From: an uncultured delta proteobacterium
GTDB lineage: Bacteria; Desulfobacterota; Binatia; Binatales; Binataceae
Reading direction: 5' to 3'
NCBI GenBank assembly: GCA_963842085.1
Contig: CAWJET010000001.1
Location: forward strand, 2,400,001 to 2,464,000
Length of the DNA stretch: 64,000 nt
This document shows, one piece after another, positions 38,914-48,392 of the stretch; within the stretch, counting starts at the first letter, position 1, and each line of letters begins with the position of its first letter. The notes under the pieces were generated by a model. It saw only the letters and a program-made list of their open reading frames with translations. It was not told where the DNA came from and did not search any database. Both the position numbers and the translations under genes were made by a program.

Positions 38914-38959
38914 TTTCTGTCTCCTCTCCCTGCAAGGGAGAGGATGAAGGTGAGGGTCC
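38914..38959 (+). repeat. repeat family A, solitary copy
   Basis: tttctgtctCCTCTCCCT-gca-AGGGAGAGGatgaaGGTGAGGGT between convergent phaC and lutA. Confidence 0.75.
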
Positions 38960-39014
38960 GATTGCAGCGCGGCTTCTCTTTCGCGCGCGATTAAAGACTC
39001 TGTCTTCCGACCGC

Positions 39015-39737
39015 TCACCTCGCAGCCAGCACCTCCGCCAGATGCCGCACCTCGATCTTCTCGCCCGCGCGGCTCAAGCCTCCACCGATCTGCATCAGGC
39101 ATCCGCAATCGTTGGCGACCACGACCTCGGCGCCACTCTCCTTGATACGCTCCATCTTGTCGTCGAGCATCGACGCCGAGATATGCGGGAACTTCACCGA
39201 GAACATCCCGCCGAAGCCGCAGCACTCCTCGCGATCGCGCAGCTCGCATATCTTGATTCCCGCCACCGCGCTCAGCAGCGTCATCGGCTCGGCGCGCACG
39301 CCCAGCTCGCGCATCAGGTGACACGACGGATGATACGCAACCGCCCGCTCGTAGCGCGCGCCCAAATACTTCACCTTCAGCACGTTGACGATGAACTGCG
39401 AGAGCTCGAATACCCACGGCCGAATCGCCATCGCCTTGGCGGCCAGTGCGGGATCGTCGGCGAGCAAGTCGCCGTAAAAAATCTTCAGCATGCTTGTGCA
39501 TGAGCCCGACGGAACGACGATCGGAACGCCGGGCTCGACCGAGTTCAGAAAACGTCGCGCGAGATCGAGCGCCTGGTCGCGCATGCCTTCGTTGAATGCC
39601 ACCTGCCCGCAGCAGAACGCGCCGCGCACGGGAGTCACCTTGAGCCGCAGCCGCTCGAGCACCGTTGCGGCAGCGTCGTTGACCTCGGGGAAAAATTCCT
39701 CTGCGAGGCAGGTTGAGAATAATTGGACTTCAGTCAT
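39015..39737 (-). CDS. lutA: lactate utilisation Fe-S protein A (CCG domains)
   Basis: CCGQ, SGSC, HPSCH, CCGFGGMF, DCGCLMQI. Confidence 0.9.
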   Translation of the reverse strand: MTEVQLFSTCLAEEFFPEVNDAAATVLERLRLKVTPVRGAFCCGQVAFNEGMRDQALDLARRFLNSVEPGVPIVVPSGSCTSMLKIFYGDLLADDPALAAKAMAIRPWVFELSQFIVNVLKVKYLGARYERAVAYHPSCHLMRELGVRAEPMTLLSAVAGIKICELRDREECCGFGGMFSVKFPHISASMLDDKMERIKESGAEVVVANDCGCLMQIGGGLSRAGEKIEVRHLAEVLAAR

Positions 39738-40422
39738 CGCGTGGCCACACCACCATCACGTGCAACGACTTGGGGCCATGCACACCGAGTACGATTCGCT
39801 TCTCTATATCCGCGGTCCTGCTCGGTCCGGTGATCAAAGTCAATCGATTCTCCGCGACGCCAGCCGGGCCCAACTGGGCGAGCACCGCCGCGAGATTGGC
39901 TTTTATCCGGTCGATCTGAACGATTGCCAGGCTCGCCGGCGGCAGCAGTGTAAGCGAACTCGGCCGATTCGCGGTTGAAACCACGGCCAACGTGCCGGTC
40001 GAGGCGATCGCGAACTCGGCTTCGGCGATCCCGAGCTCGGCATCCGCGACGCGCGCGCGCATCGCGGCGCGCTCGGTGTCCGCCACCGGCACCGTGCGGA
40101 CGATCCTGAAGTCTGCGCGCTCGAGCGCCTCGCCGATCGCATCCATGTCGCTCACGACGCCTTGTCCAACCGCTACCGTCCTGGCGCCGATCTCGCCGGC
40201 GAGAGTGACTATTCGATTAGTCACTTCGGCCGGAGTGAGTATTCCAAGAAACTTGCCGCCGACCTCTTCGAGCTCGCGTGCGAACGTCGATGCGAGCTCG
40301 GCGCGCTGCGCCGACTGTGCCACAGGCACCGCTGCGCTCGCGTCCGCGTCGTGCAAGTTGCTCCGCGCGCCGGCGCCCAGGGCGTCCTTTACGCTCGCGA
40401 TTATTTTGTGCAGCTCGGCCAC
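39730..40422 (-). CDS. lutC: lactate utilisation protein C (LUD domain)
   Basis: TGTL, LLPP, ITGPSRTADIE, GVHGP. Confidence 0.9.
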   Translation of the reverse strand: MAELHKIIASVKDALGAGARSNLHDADASAAVPVAQSAQRAELASTFARELEEVGGKFLGILTPAEVTNRIVTLAGEIGARTVAVGQGVVSDMDAIGEALERADFRIVRTVPVADTERAAMRARVADAELGIAEAEFAIASTGTLAVVSTANRPSSLTLLPPASLAIVQIDRIKANLAAVLAQLGPAGVAENRLTLITGPSRTADIEKRIVLGVHGPKSLHVMVVWPRDD

Positions 40423-40424
40423 GT

Positions 40425-41849
40425 TCAGCTCGGCGGCCGCTCGGGCTCGGGGCGCTTATGTGGCCGTGGGCGCGGGAAGTCGCGATACTTCGTCCAGTTC
40501 CCGAACGGCCCCGGCATCCGACGCAGATAACCGTTGTGCGCGAACGGTTTCAGCACCATCGCGGCAAATTTTCCAAGCGCTCGAGCCGTCCGTGGATGCC
40601 GCGCCGTCGCCGCGAACCGCCGCGCGCCCCGCCGCGCCCGCTCGATCGCGCGCGGCCATTTGAGCGGACGCCTGCCCATGCTCTCTTTCCAGCGCAGATG
40701 GAGCAGGATTCGCGGGATATCGATCTTGACGGGACAGATGTCCTTGCACGCGCCGCACAGTGTCGACGCGAACGGCAGGTACCCCGCGGCGCTGCCGAAA
40801 AGATTTGGACTGATGATCGACCCGATCGGTCCCGGATACACCGAGCGATACGCGTGACCCCCGATGCGCCGGTAAATCGGGCACATATTCAGGCACGCGC
40901 CGCATCGGATGCAATTCAACGTCTCGCGCAGGACCGGATCCGCCAGCATCGCGCTACGGCCGTTGTCCACGATGACGACGTGCATCTCGCCCGGCCCGTC
41001 GAGCTCGCCCTCGCGCCGCGGACCCGTGATGAAGCTGGTGTAGGTCGTGAGCTTCTGCCCGGTCGCGGTGCGCGCGAGGATTTCCAGGAAGTGGCTCAGG
41101 TCTTCGAGCCGCGGGATAACCTTCTCGATTCCCATGACGGCCACGAACGTCTCCGGCATCGTGCTCGAGAGCCGGCCGTTGCCTTCATTCTCGACGACAA
41201 TCAGCGTGCCGGTCTCCGCGATCGCAAAATTGACGCCAGTGACGCCGAAATCCGCGGCCAGAAAAATCGCGCGCAATCGCGCACGCGCTTCGGCCGTGAG
41301 CTTTTCGGGCTCCGCGGTGTATTCGATGCCGAATTTGTCGGTGAACAGTTGTCCGATGTCTTCCTTCGACAGGTGAATCGCGGGCGTGATGATATGCGAC
41401 GGGCGCTCGCCGCGAAGCTGCACGATATACTCGCCGAGGTCCGTCTCGACCGCGTCGATGCCGGCCTTTGCGAGCGCGTCGTTGAGATCGATCTCCTCGG
41501 TCGTCATCGACTTGCCCTTGACGACGTTCTTCGCACCCTTGGCCTTCGCGAGTTTGACGATGTAGTCGCGTGCCTGTGTCGCATCCTCGGCGAAGAACAC
41601 CTTGCATCCGCGCGCTTCGAGCTTCGAGGTCAGCTCGATGAGCAACTCGTCGAGATGCGCAATCGCGTCGGTCTTGATTCGATGCGCGGCGTCGCGCTCG
41701 CTGTCATACGGCGGAAACTCCGCCTTGACTTGCGCGAAGTGATCGAGATGCCGCGCGCTGGCGCTCTCGAGCTTGCGCCGCAACTCATGGTCGCCGATGG
41801 CGGCGGTGCTCGACTCGAAGAAATCGCGGGCTTTCGGAAATTCAGCCAT
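40425..41849 (-). CDS. lutB: lactate utilisation protein B
   Basis: KSMTTEE, ETDLGE, NEGN, CIRCGAC, CPVKI. Confidence 0.93.
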   Translation of the reverse strand: MAEFPKARDFFESSTAAIGDHELRRKLESASARHLDHFAQVKAEFPPYDSERDAAHRIKTDAIAHLDELLIELTSKLEARGCKVFFAEDATQARDYIVKLAKAKGAKNVVKGKSMTTEEIDLNDALAKAGIDAVETDLGEYIVQLRGERPSHIITPAIHLSKEDIGQLFTDKFGIEYTAEPEKLTAEARARLRAIFLAADFGVTGVNFAIAETGTLIVVENEGNGRLSSTMPETFVAVMGIEKVIPRLEDLSHFLEILARTATGQKLTTYTSFITGPRREGELDGPGEMHVVIVDNGRSAMLADPVLRETLNCIRCGACLNMCPIYRRIGGHAYRSVYPGPIGSIISPNLFGSAAGYLPFASTLCGACKDICPVKIDIPRILLHLRWKESMGRRPLKWPRAIERARRGARRFAATARHPRTARALGKFAAMVLKPFAHNGYLRRMPGPFGNWTKYRDFPRPRPHKRPEPERPPS

Positions 41850-41883
41850 CGAGGATGTCGCGCGTCAGTTTATCGGCGCAACT

Positions 41884-42708
41884 TTAGTTTATCAGGGCCA
41901 CTTGCCGAATCAGGCGCAGCACCGCTTCGCGCGCCGACTCGGCCGCAGGATGCTCGGGCGCCTGCGAAAGAAAACTCTGGTAGTCGTCGAGCGCCGGCTT
42001 GAAGCATTCCAGCCGCTCGAACAGACCGCCGCGCTCCACCAGCTCGTCGAGCGCGCGCGGCTCCAGCATGATAATCCGATCGAGCGCCGCCAGCGCGCGC
42101 GTCCAGTCCGACGCTCTCATATAGATGATCTTCAGGTTGCGCAGCATCCGCGCCAGGATGTGTCGGGCGCCGCGCGGCTTCAACATCGCGGGATTCAACT
42201 CGACCGGCTGTCCGTAAATTTGCGTCAGGCGCGCGCGAATCTCGTCGAGCGCGAGAATCTTTCCGCCGACGAACGGGTCGATGATCAGCTCGCCCCGCTC
42301 GTCCACCGCCTTGACCAGGAAATGGGTCGGGAACGAAACCCCGTAAAGATTGATCCCGAGCCGCCGGCCCACTTCGAGATATACCACCGACAGTGTGATC
42401 GGAATTCCGAGCCGGCGATTGATGACGTCGTTCAGAAACGAGTTGCGCGGGTCGTTGTAGTTCTCCGCGTTGCCCTCGAAGCCCTTCAGCTCGAACAGAA
42501 AATGCGACAGCAACTGGACGCGCTCGACCGTGTCCTCGCCCGCGCGCACGATCGGTTCCGCTTCGCGCGCCAGTGTCGCAATCTTGTCCAGGTACTCCTC
42601 GATGTCGAGGTCGGGGTACTCTTCTTTCGCGATCAACAGCGCGCCGCGCGCCAGTGGCACCGGCTCCTTCGCCGCAATCATCGCAAATTCCCGCCGTGCG
42701 TCGTTCAT
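41884..42708 (-). CDS. SirB1-like transglutaminase/TPR protein
   Basis: FEGN..Y.DPRNS, GIPITLS, FPTHF, DPF, RMLRNLK. Confidence 0.88.
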   Translation of the reverse strand: MNDARREFAMIAAKEPVPLARGALLIAKEEYPDLDIEEYLDKIATLAREAEPIVRAGEDTVERVQLLSHFLFELKGFEGNAENYNDPRNSFLNDVINRRLGIPITLSVVYLEVGRRLGINLYGVSFPTHFLVKAVDERGELIIDPFVGGKILALDEIRARLTQIYGQPVELNPAMLKPRGARHILARMLRNLKIIYMRASDWTRALAALDRIIMLEPRALDELVERGGLFERLECFKPALDDYQSFLSQAPEHPAAESAREAVLRLIRQVALIN

Positions 42709-42768
42709 CAGGTGGGCACCGTTCGTAACAGTGTTGCTTTGCGCGGATGCTTTGACAAGCGTCTGCGA

Positions 42769-43878
42769 TCAGTTTGTTTCGAGCGCCGCCGCTGCCTCTG
42801 TGCGCACCGCAGGGTCGCGGTCCCGGAGCGCGCGCTCGAGTGCGCGTCGCGCCGCGCTTCCCCCGATTTGTCCGAGCGCCCATGCCGCATGCGAGCGGAT
42901 GAGCGGCTCATTTTCGGTTTGCAGTGCGCGCGCGAGCGGAGCCACCGCCGCGGGATTTTGCGTATTGCCGAGCACGACCGCGACGTTGCGCAGCAACCCG
43001 CGCCGCTTGGCGCGCTTCACCGCGCTCACTGTAAAGCGGCGGCCGAACTCATCGTCGTTGAGCGCCAGCAGCCCGGGAAGATAGGGGAGGAGATCGTCAG
43101 AGCCTGCCGCGGACGCATGCTCGCCGTTCCATGGACAAACGTCGTTGCAAATGTCGCAGCCGAAGATCCAGTTGCCGAGTTTCGAGCGCATCTCGCGCGG
43201 AATCGCGCCGCGATTTTCGATCGTCTGATACGAGATGCACAGATCCGAGCGCATCACGTAGCCGTCCGCGAGCGCGCCGGTTGGACACAGCTCGAGGCAT
43301 CGCCGGCACGTCCCGCAATGTTCGCGGTAAGGCCCGGTCGTCGCCTCGAATTCGGCGTCGGTGAAAATCTCGGCGAGAAAAAAGTACGAACCGTGGTCGC
43401 GGTTCAGGAGCATCGTGTTCTTGCCGAACCATCCGATGCGCGCATCCGCCGCCCATTCGCGCTCGAGGACCGGCCCCGTGTCCACGTACGCGCGCGTGAT
43501 CGAGCAGGGACGAAGCTGCGAAATCACTCCGGCAACGGCGCGCGCCCGCCGCAGCACTACGTCGTGATAGTCGCGGCCAAGCGCGTACGCCGCGATTCTG
43601 CCGCGCAACTCGCCGCGCCAATCGACCTTCGGCGTCGCGCGCGCGGCGTACGGATAGCCCAGGCTCACGACCGACTTGTAGCGCGCGTCGAGGAGGCGCG
43701 GGTCGAACCTGCGCTCGGGCTCCCGCGCCAGGTAAGCCATGGTCGCGTGACCGCCCTCTGCGAGCCATTGGCGATAAAACGCTTCGCGTTCATCTAGCTG
43801 ACGCAGCCGCGCGAATCCCACCAGCACGAATCCTTGCTCGATGGCGGCGCGCTTCAAGCTTTCACGTGAAAGGTCCAT
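42769..43878 (-). CDS. queG: epoxyqueuosine reductase
   Basis: YALGRDYH, VDTGPVLER, GWFGKN, CGTCRRC, FGCDICNDVCPWN. Confidence 0.95.
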   Translation of the reverse strand: MDLSRESLKRAAIEQGFVLVGFARLRQLDEREAFYRQWLAEGGHATMAYLAREPERRFDPRLLDARYKSVVSLGYPYAARATPKVDWRGELRGRIAAYALGRDYHDVVLRRARAVAGVISQLRPCSITRAYVDTGPVLEREWAADARIGWFGKNTMLLNRDHGSYFFLAEIFTDAEFEATTGPYREHCGTCRRCLELCPTGALADGYVMRSDLCISYQTIENRGAIPREMRSKLGNWIFGCDICNDVCPWNGEHASAAGSDDLLPYLPGLLALNDDEFGRRFTVSAVKRAKRRGLLRNVAVVLGNTQNPAAVAPLARALQTENEPLIRSHAAWALGQIGGSAARRALERALRDRDPAVRTEAAAALETN

Positions 43879-44023
43879 CGCGATGCCAAAACGCTAGCAT
43901 CTGTCTAGGCTTTTTGCGCTGATAATTGTGGATGCATTGACTCGACTATTGGGCTACGATTAATTTCTTGGTGGAGCGCATGATTGACAGGTAAGCGCTT
44001 CTTACCGGAGGTTGGCAGTAAAA

Positions 44024-44449
44024 ATGGCCGAAGGACTTCACATCGAGCATAATGGTCACGAGCATGAGCACGAGCGTGCCGAGCAGCAGGCGCCAGTTCA
44101 GCCAATCGACACCGCGTCGTTGCCCGACGTCAAGCTGACGCCCAAGGCGATCGAGATGGTCCGCAAGATGCACGCGAAGGAAGGTCTCGGCGCCGAGCAC
44201 GGGATGCGAATCGGCGTGGTCGGCGGCGGATGCTCCGGCTTTCAGTATTCGCTCAACTTCGACACGCGGAAAGAAGGCGACCGGGTGACGGATTTCGGCG
44301 GCGTGCTGGTATTCGTCGACGAGATTTCGCTGCCGTATATCGCGGGCACGACGCTCGACTACGTCGAGGGGCTGCACAGCGCGGGATTCCGCTTCGATAA
44401 TCCGCGCGCTAGCCGCACGTGCGGATGCGGGTCGTCGTTCAGCGCGTAA
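44024..44449 (+). CDS. HesB/IscA/ErpA Fe-S carrier with His-rich N-terminus
   Basis: GGGCSG, NP, CGCGSSF. Confidence 0.93.
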   Translation: MAEGLHIEHNGHEHEHERAEQQAPVQPIDTASLPDVKLTPKAIEMVRKMHAKEGLGAEHGMRIGVVGGGCSGFQYSLNFDTRKEGDRVTDFGGVLVFVDEISLPYIAGTTLDYVEGLHSAGFRFDNPRASRTCGCGSSFSA

Positions 44450-44471
44450 CATTAGCCACTGCTCTATTTAC

Positions 44472-44504
44472 AAGGCCGCTCCCTCCGAGCGGCCTTTTTC
44501 TTTT
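44472..44504 (+). terminator. intrinsic terminator
   Basis: AAGGCCGCTC-cctcc-GAGCGGCCTT followed by TTTCTTTT. Confidence 0.85.
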
Positions 44505-44530
44505 CAGGAAAGGGCGTGTTAGACGGATCG

Positions 44531-45091
44531 ATGATGCTGGCTGGATTGCTCAACTGGCTGTCTCCGGCGCGACGGCGCTTCATGCGGCGGCTGGCGAAGC
44601 CGGGACTCGACGCGACGCGCGCGCGGCTGGCCGAGGCGGGGTCGCCGCGCGCCGTTCAGTTCATCTCGACGATTCTGGACGCCAACGCCGACTTCCTTGC
44701 CTACGCGCTATCGCCCAAGGGTCCGCTTAAGATGTATTGCGATCGCGCGACGCCCGCGACGGTTACAGCGTGTATCGTCACGATGCTGATCTACTCGGTG
44801 AACCTGTTCGCGCGCGACGAAATGCAGAACAACGAGAGCGAGATGCTCGCGCTGCTGGCGCATATCGCGGGTGTCAAGCCGACGCAGGTGATGCTGCGGC
44901 GCGACGCGCTGCGCAAGGCGCCGCGCTCCGAGGAGTGGATGGTGCTGACGTGGCTCGCGAAGGACCTTGGCGCCGAGCCGCCGAAGTACGACGCCGAGCT
45001 TGAGCGCGCCTTCGGATACAATTATCTGTCGTACATCGCTCAGTACCGGCCGACGCTCGAGCGTGAGATTGCCGCGGCGGACACGGCCTGA
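44531..45091 (+). CDS. hypothetical protein
   Basis: Host-like codon usage; closely linked to the downstream SDR. Confidence 0.65.
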   Translation: MMLAGLLNWLSPARRRFMRRLAKPGLDATRARLAEAGSPRAVQFISTILDANADFLAYALSPKGPLKMYCDRATPATVTACIVTMLIYSVNLFARDEMQNNESEMLALLAHIAGVKPTQVMLRRDALRKAPRSEEWMVLTWLAKDLGAEPPKYDAELERAFGYNYLSYIAQYRPTLEREIAAADTA

Positions 45092-45107
45092 ACTTCAGGA
45101 GCTCAAG

Positions 45108-45854
45108 ATGAAAGACCTCGAAGGGCGGGGAGTTATCGTCACCGGCGCGACACGCGGAATCGGGCACGCGATCGCGCTGGAAGTCGCGCGGCGCGGCGCC
45201 AACGTGTCGTTCAACTACGTCAAGAGCGATCAGAATGCGGCGGAGCTCAAAACCGAAATCGAAAAGCTCGGCGTGAAGGTGCTCGCGTACAAGGTCGATG
45301 TCGGCGACCTCAAGAGCGTGCGCGAGATGGTCAACGCGACCAAGAAGGAATTCGGACAAATCGACGGGCTGGTCAACAACGCCGGCATGACGCGCGACAA
45401 GGTGTTCGTGATGATGTCGGAAGAGGACTGGAACGAGGTCATCCGTGTCAACCTGACAGGGGCGTTCAACTTCGCGCGCGCGGCGGCGTTCATGATGATG
45501 AAAGCGAAGCGCGGCTCGATCCTCAATATAACATCGGTCAGCGGGCTTATCGGACTGCCGGGACAGGCGAACTATTCTGCGGCAAAGGCGGGACTGATAG
45601 GTCTTACAAAATCCGTCGCCAAAGAAGTAGGGCGGCTCGGCGTCCGCGTCAACGCACTGGCACTGGGATTCATCGAAACCGACATGACCGCATCACTCCC
45701 CGAAGAGAATCGAGCCCAGGCACTCGCGATGATTCCGCTAGGCCGCTTCGGCAAAGTGGAGGACGTAGTGCCGATGGCGGCATTCCTGCTGAGCGACGCC
45801 GCATCATACATAACCGGCGCAGTAATCCAGGTTGACGGCGGCCTCGCGATGTAA
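45108..45854 (+). CDS. fabG: 3-oxoacyl-ACP reductase-like SDR
   Basis: TGATRGIG, NNAG, YSAAK, GFIETDMT. Confidence 0.85.
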   Translation: MKDLEGRGVIVTGATRGIGHAIALEVARRGANVSFNYVKSDQNAAELKTEIEKLGVKVLAYKVDVGDLKSVREMVNATKKEFGQIDGLVNNAGMTRDKVFVMMSEEDWNEVIRVNLTGAFNFARAAAFMMMKAKRGSILNITSVSGLIGLPGQANYSAAKAGLIGLTKSVAKEVGRLGVRVNALALGFIETDMTASLPEENRAQALAMIPLGRFGKVEDVVPMAAFLLSDAASYITGAVIQVDGGLAM

Positions 45855-45958
45855 GCGCGCGGCGCGCGTTTCGGGGAAACCGGGGTCGCACTGCGTGCGT
45901 GATTTGGTGGCCTTGTGCCTGCGGCGAGCGCGATAGTGTCGACGCCCACCAGCGTATG

Positions 45959-48262
45959 TCAGTGCCCCCAGGAGCGGGCGCAGCTTAAGATGTCGATCGG
46001 CGTGCCGTCCTCGACTGCGCGGTACTTTTGCCAGAAGCTCGAATCGATTTGCTTGAGCGCCGGCGGCTCGCGCCGGCGCCATCGATTGCACGCTCCCGGG
46101 CCGCCGTTGTAGGCCGCATACGCCGAGCGCGCGAGATGGCTGGCTACCGGCACAGGATCGAACTTCGGTTGCGCGGCCGACGCATACTGCATCATGCGCG
46201 CCAGGATCTCGCACCCCGCGCCCGCGTTGTAGAGCACGTCCCACTTGAGGCGCTCGATATCGTAAAACCCGCGCCACACGTGCTTGTTCACCTGCATCAG
46301 GCCGATGTCGCCGGTCGCGGACTCGAGCCATCGCAGGCGCGCGCCGTCCAACACGAATTGGCGCCAGCAGCTTTCCTCCCATGCGGTGCTGAGCACGAGC
46401 GTTACGTAAGTCTGTGAATTGTTGGCGTCGATGGCGGCGGTGCTGAGTTGGTGCTCGGCGCTGAGATTGAGCAGCAGGCCCATGTCGTGGCGATAGGAGT
46501 CGGCGTTCGCTTCGGTCACGACGAGATGGTAGAGGCGGCCGGCGACATCCTGCAGGCGAGGCATCAGTGCGGTGTCGTCCTCGGCAGCGTCGGCCTCTTG
46601 CGGTGAGAGGAGGTTTAGCAACCTAACCCCTAACCCAGGGGCAGCAGAACCCGCACCTGCCTCGCTACGCGAGGTCGCCTCTCCCGTAAAGTAACAGGCG
46701 AGGTAATTTCGGAACATTCGCGCGGAAGGCCCGGGCGTCGGGAGAATTGATCCGCGCGGCGACGGGACCGCCGCCGGCGTGCTTGCGCTGCTTGAACCTG
46801 GCAACGCGCCGCCCGCGGAGGAGGGAGGGATGTTTTCTTCTTCGATTGGATGGTGGCTTGCGGTCGGCACCGCCGCGGTCGGCACCGCCGCGGGCGGCTC
46901 CGCCGCGGGCGGCTCCGGGAATGCGAAGAGCTTTTTCAGGTCACGATCTTCGCTGTAGTTGAACTGAAGCGGATCGCCGGTGGCAGTGGGCGCCATGATA
47001 TGCGCGAGGCGGCGAAGATCGGCGGCCGAGATGCGCATCCCAAGCGCGGGCGCCGCCTGATCGAGCGCAAACAGCGCGTCGCCGGCCGAGATGAACGACA
47101 TGAATTCGAGCGCGCTCGGCCCCAGCATCCCGCGCCGCGCGGCGGCGCGGACCGCGTCGTGGAGCTGGCGCCATTCGTCGAGGAACAAAACGCGCACCGG
47201 ATCGGGCCCCGCCGCGGCGGGCGGATTGTTCAGCGCCTGGACGAGGCGATAGCGGCTGTCGAGCAGGATTTGCAGCAACTGGTCGCGGAATTGATGGTCG
47301 CCGACCGCGTCGCCGAGATGCTTGATCGAGAAAACCAGAAACGCGTCCCATTGATCGAGCGTGTCCTGGAAGGCTTTCAGCTCGGCCGGCCTGGGCGAGG
47401 CCGCGGCGCCGGGAATCGCGGTCGGAGTCGGGAAGTCAGGCACCGTCATCACGAGCGTGATGCGGACGCCGTCGTCGAGCGCGGCGATGTCCCGCTCGGC
47501 GGTCAGACTTGCGATCGCGGCGCGGACGCGCTCGGCGGCGTCGGGCGGAATCGCATCGGCGGCCATCGCGGCGAGCTGCTGAACCGCGGGATTGAGATCG
47601 TAGGAAAAGTCGTCGAGCCGCGGAATGAGATAGCTCTTGATGAGGTCGAAGCCCCGGCTGACGAGCTCCGTTTCCTGATGGGCCGTATCGTAGAGATTCA
47701 AATCGGTGAAGTGAAATTTGAGCTGGAGGCCGGGCGCGATGTACGGGACGCCGAGCGCCTCGACGATGCCGCTCCATTGTATGGCGTTGAGGCATTGCGA
47801 TCCCATCGCGACGCCCAGCGCGAGGCTGTTGGCGGTTTCGAGCCGCACCGTTGCGGCGCCGCCGGCGGTGGCGCGTGAGAACTCGGGATTTTCGGCGTAG
47901 AGATACTGGCAATCGCTGAGGCCCTTCCAAAGCTCGGCGCGCCCGCCGGGCGCGGTGTAGAGCTTGCGCTTGAGCGCTTCGCGCAGCGTGATGTAGTCGA
48001 TGGTGAGCGGAATGCGCACTTGCGATGCGCGCGCGGGAGCGGAGTGGCCGAGGAAGATTGACATCGCGACGGCGATAATTGTCCACAACCTAACTGCTGA
48101 GGTCTTTGGTGCAACCTGAGCGGCCGCGTTACGCGAGGCCGCCTCTCCCCTAAAATAGTGGGCGAGGTAATCGCGGAAAAATCGCGGACAGAGGAGGCGC
48201 GGCGAGTCGGATCTAACGAGCATGGTCATGAATTGCCGGTTTTGGTTACGAAGGCGACTCAA
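45959..48262 (-). CDS. exported protein with C-terminal lytic transglycosylase (SLT) domain (start uncertain)
   Basis: AWEES, GLMQVN, AAYNGG; signal-like stretch LWTIIAVAMSIFLGHSAPARA. Confidence 0.82.
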   Translation of the reverse strand: MSRLRNQNRQFMTMLVRSDSPRLLCPRFFRDYLAHYFRGEAASRNAAAQVAPKTSAVRLWTIIAVAMSIFLGHSAPARASQVRIPLTIDYITLREALKRKLYTAPGGRAELWKGLSDCQYLYAENPEFSRATAGGAATVRLETANSLALGVAMGSQCLNAIQWSGIVEALGVPYIAPGLQLKFHFTDLNLYDTAHQETELVSRGFDLIKSYLIPRLDDFSYDLNPAVQQLAAMAADAIPPDAAERVRAAIASLTAERDIAALDDGVRITLVMTVPDFPTPTAIPGAAASPRPAELKAFQDTLDQWDAFLVFSIKHLGDAVGDHQFRDQLLQILLDSRYRLVQALNNPPAAAGPDPVRVLFLDEWRQLHDAVRAAARRGMLGPSALEFMSFISAGDALFALDQAAPALGMRISAADLRRLAHIMAPTATGDPLQFNYSEDRDLKKLFAFPEPPAAEPPAAVPTAAVPTASHHPIEEENIPPSSAGGALPGSSSASTPAAVPSPRGSILPTPGPSARMFRNYLACYFTGEATSRSEAGAGSAAPGLGVRLLNLLSPQEADAAEDDTALMPRLQDVAGRLYHLVVTEANADSYRHDMGLLLNLSAEHQLSTAAIDANNSQTYVTLVLSTAWEESCWRQFVLDGARLRWLESATGDIGLMQVNKHVWRGFYDIERLKWDVLYNAGAGCEILARMMQYASAAQPKFDPVPVASHLARSAYAAYNGGPGACNRWRRREPPALKQIDSSFWQKYRAVEDGTPIDILSCARSWGH
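46619..46714 (-). repeat. repeat family A copy, in frame within the SLT gene
   Basis: + strand GCAGAACCCGCACCT-[gcctcgctacgcgaggtcg]-CCTCTCCCGTAAAGTAACAGGCGAGG matches the DUF559 IR; encodes FRNYLACYFTGEATSRSEAGAGSAAPGLGVRL. Confidence 0.8.
46861..46917. repeat. 15-bp tandem repeat, about 3.8 units
   Basis: cggtcggcaccgccg x2, cgggcggctccgccg x1.8; encodes EPPAAEPPAAVPTAAVPT linker. Confidence 0.85.
48086..48178 (-). repeat. repeat family A copy at the 5' end of the SLT gene
   Basis: Paralogous to 46619-46714; reads FRDYLAHYFRGEAASRNAAAQVAPKTSAVRL in the SLT frame. Confidence 0.75.
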
Positions 48263-48324
48263 CTCGCGCGCATCAGGCGCGCACTCCTGTCATGAGTCAA
48301 CTATTATGGCAACTGCGTTCGTCC

Positions 48325-48353
48325 TTGAAAGCGGTTGCGCCGGTTACGATAAT
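48325..48353 (+). promoter_or_regulatory. putative sigma70 promoter
   Basis: TTGAAA-N17-GATAAT, 40 nt before ATG 48393. Confidence 0.5.
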
Positions 48354-48392
48354 CATGTCCGAAGTATCGCCGGAAGCTGACGGGTAAGCCCG

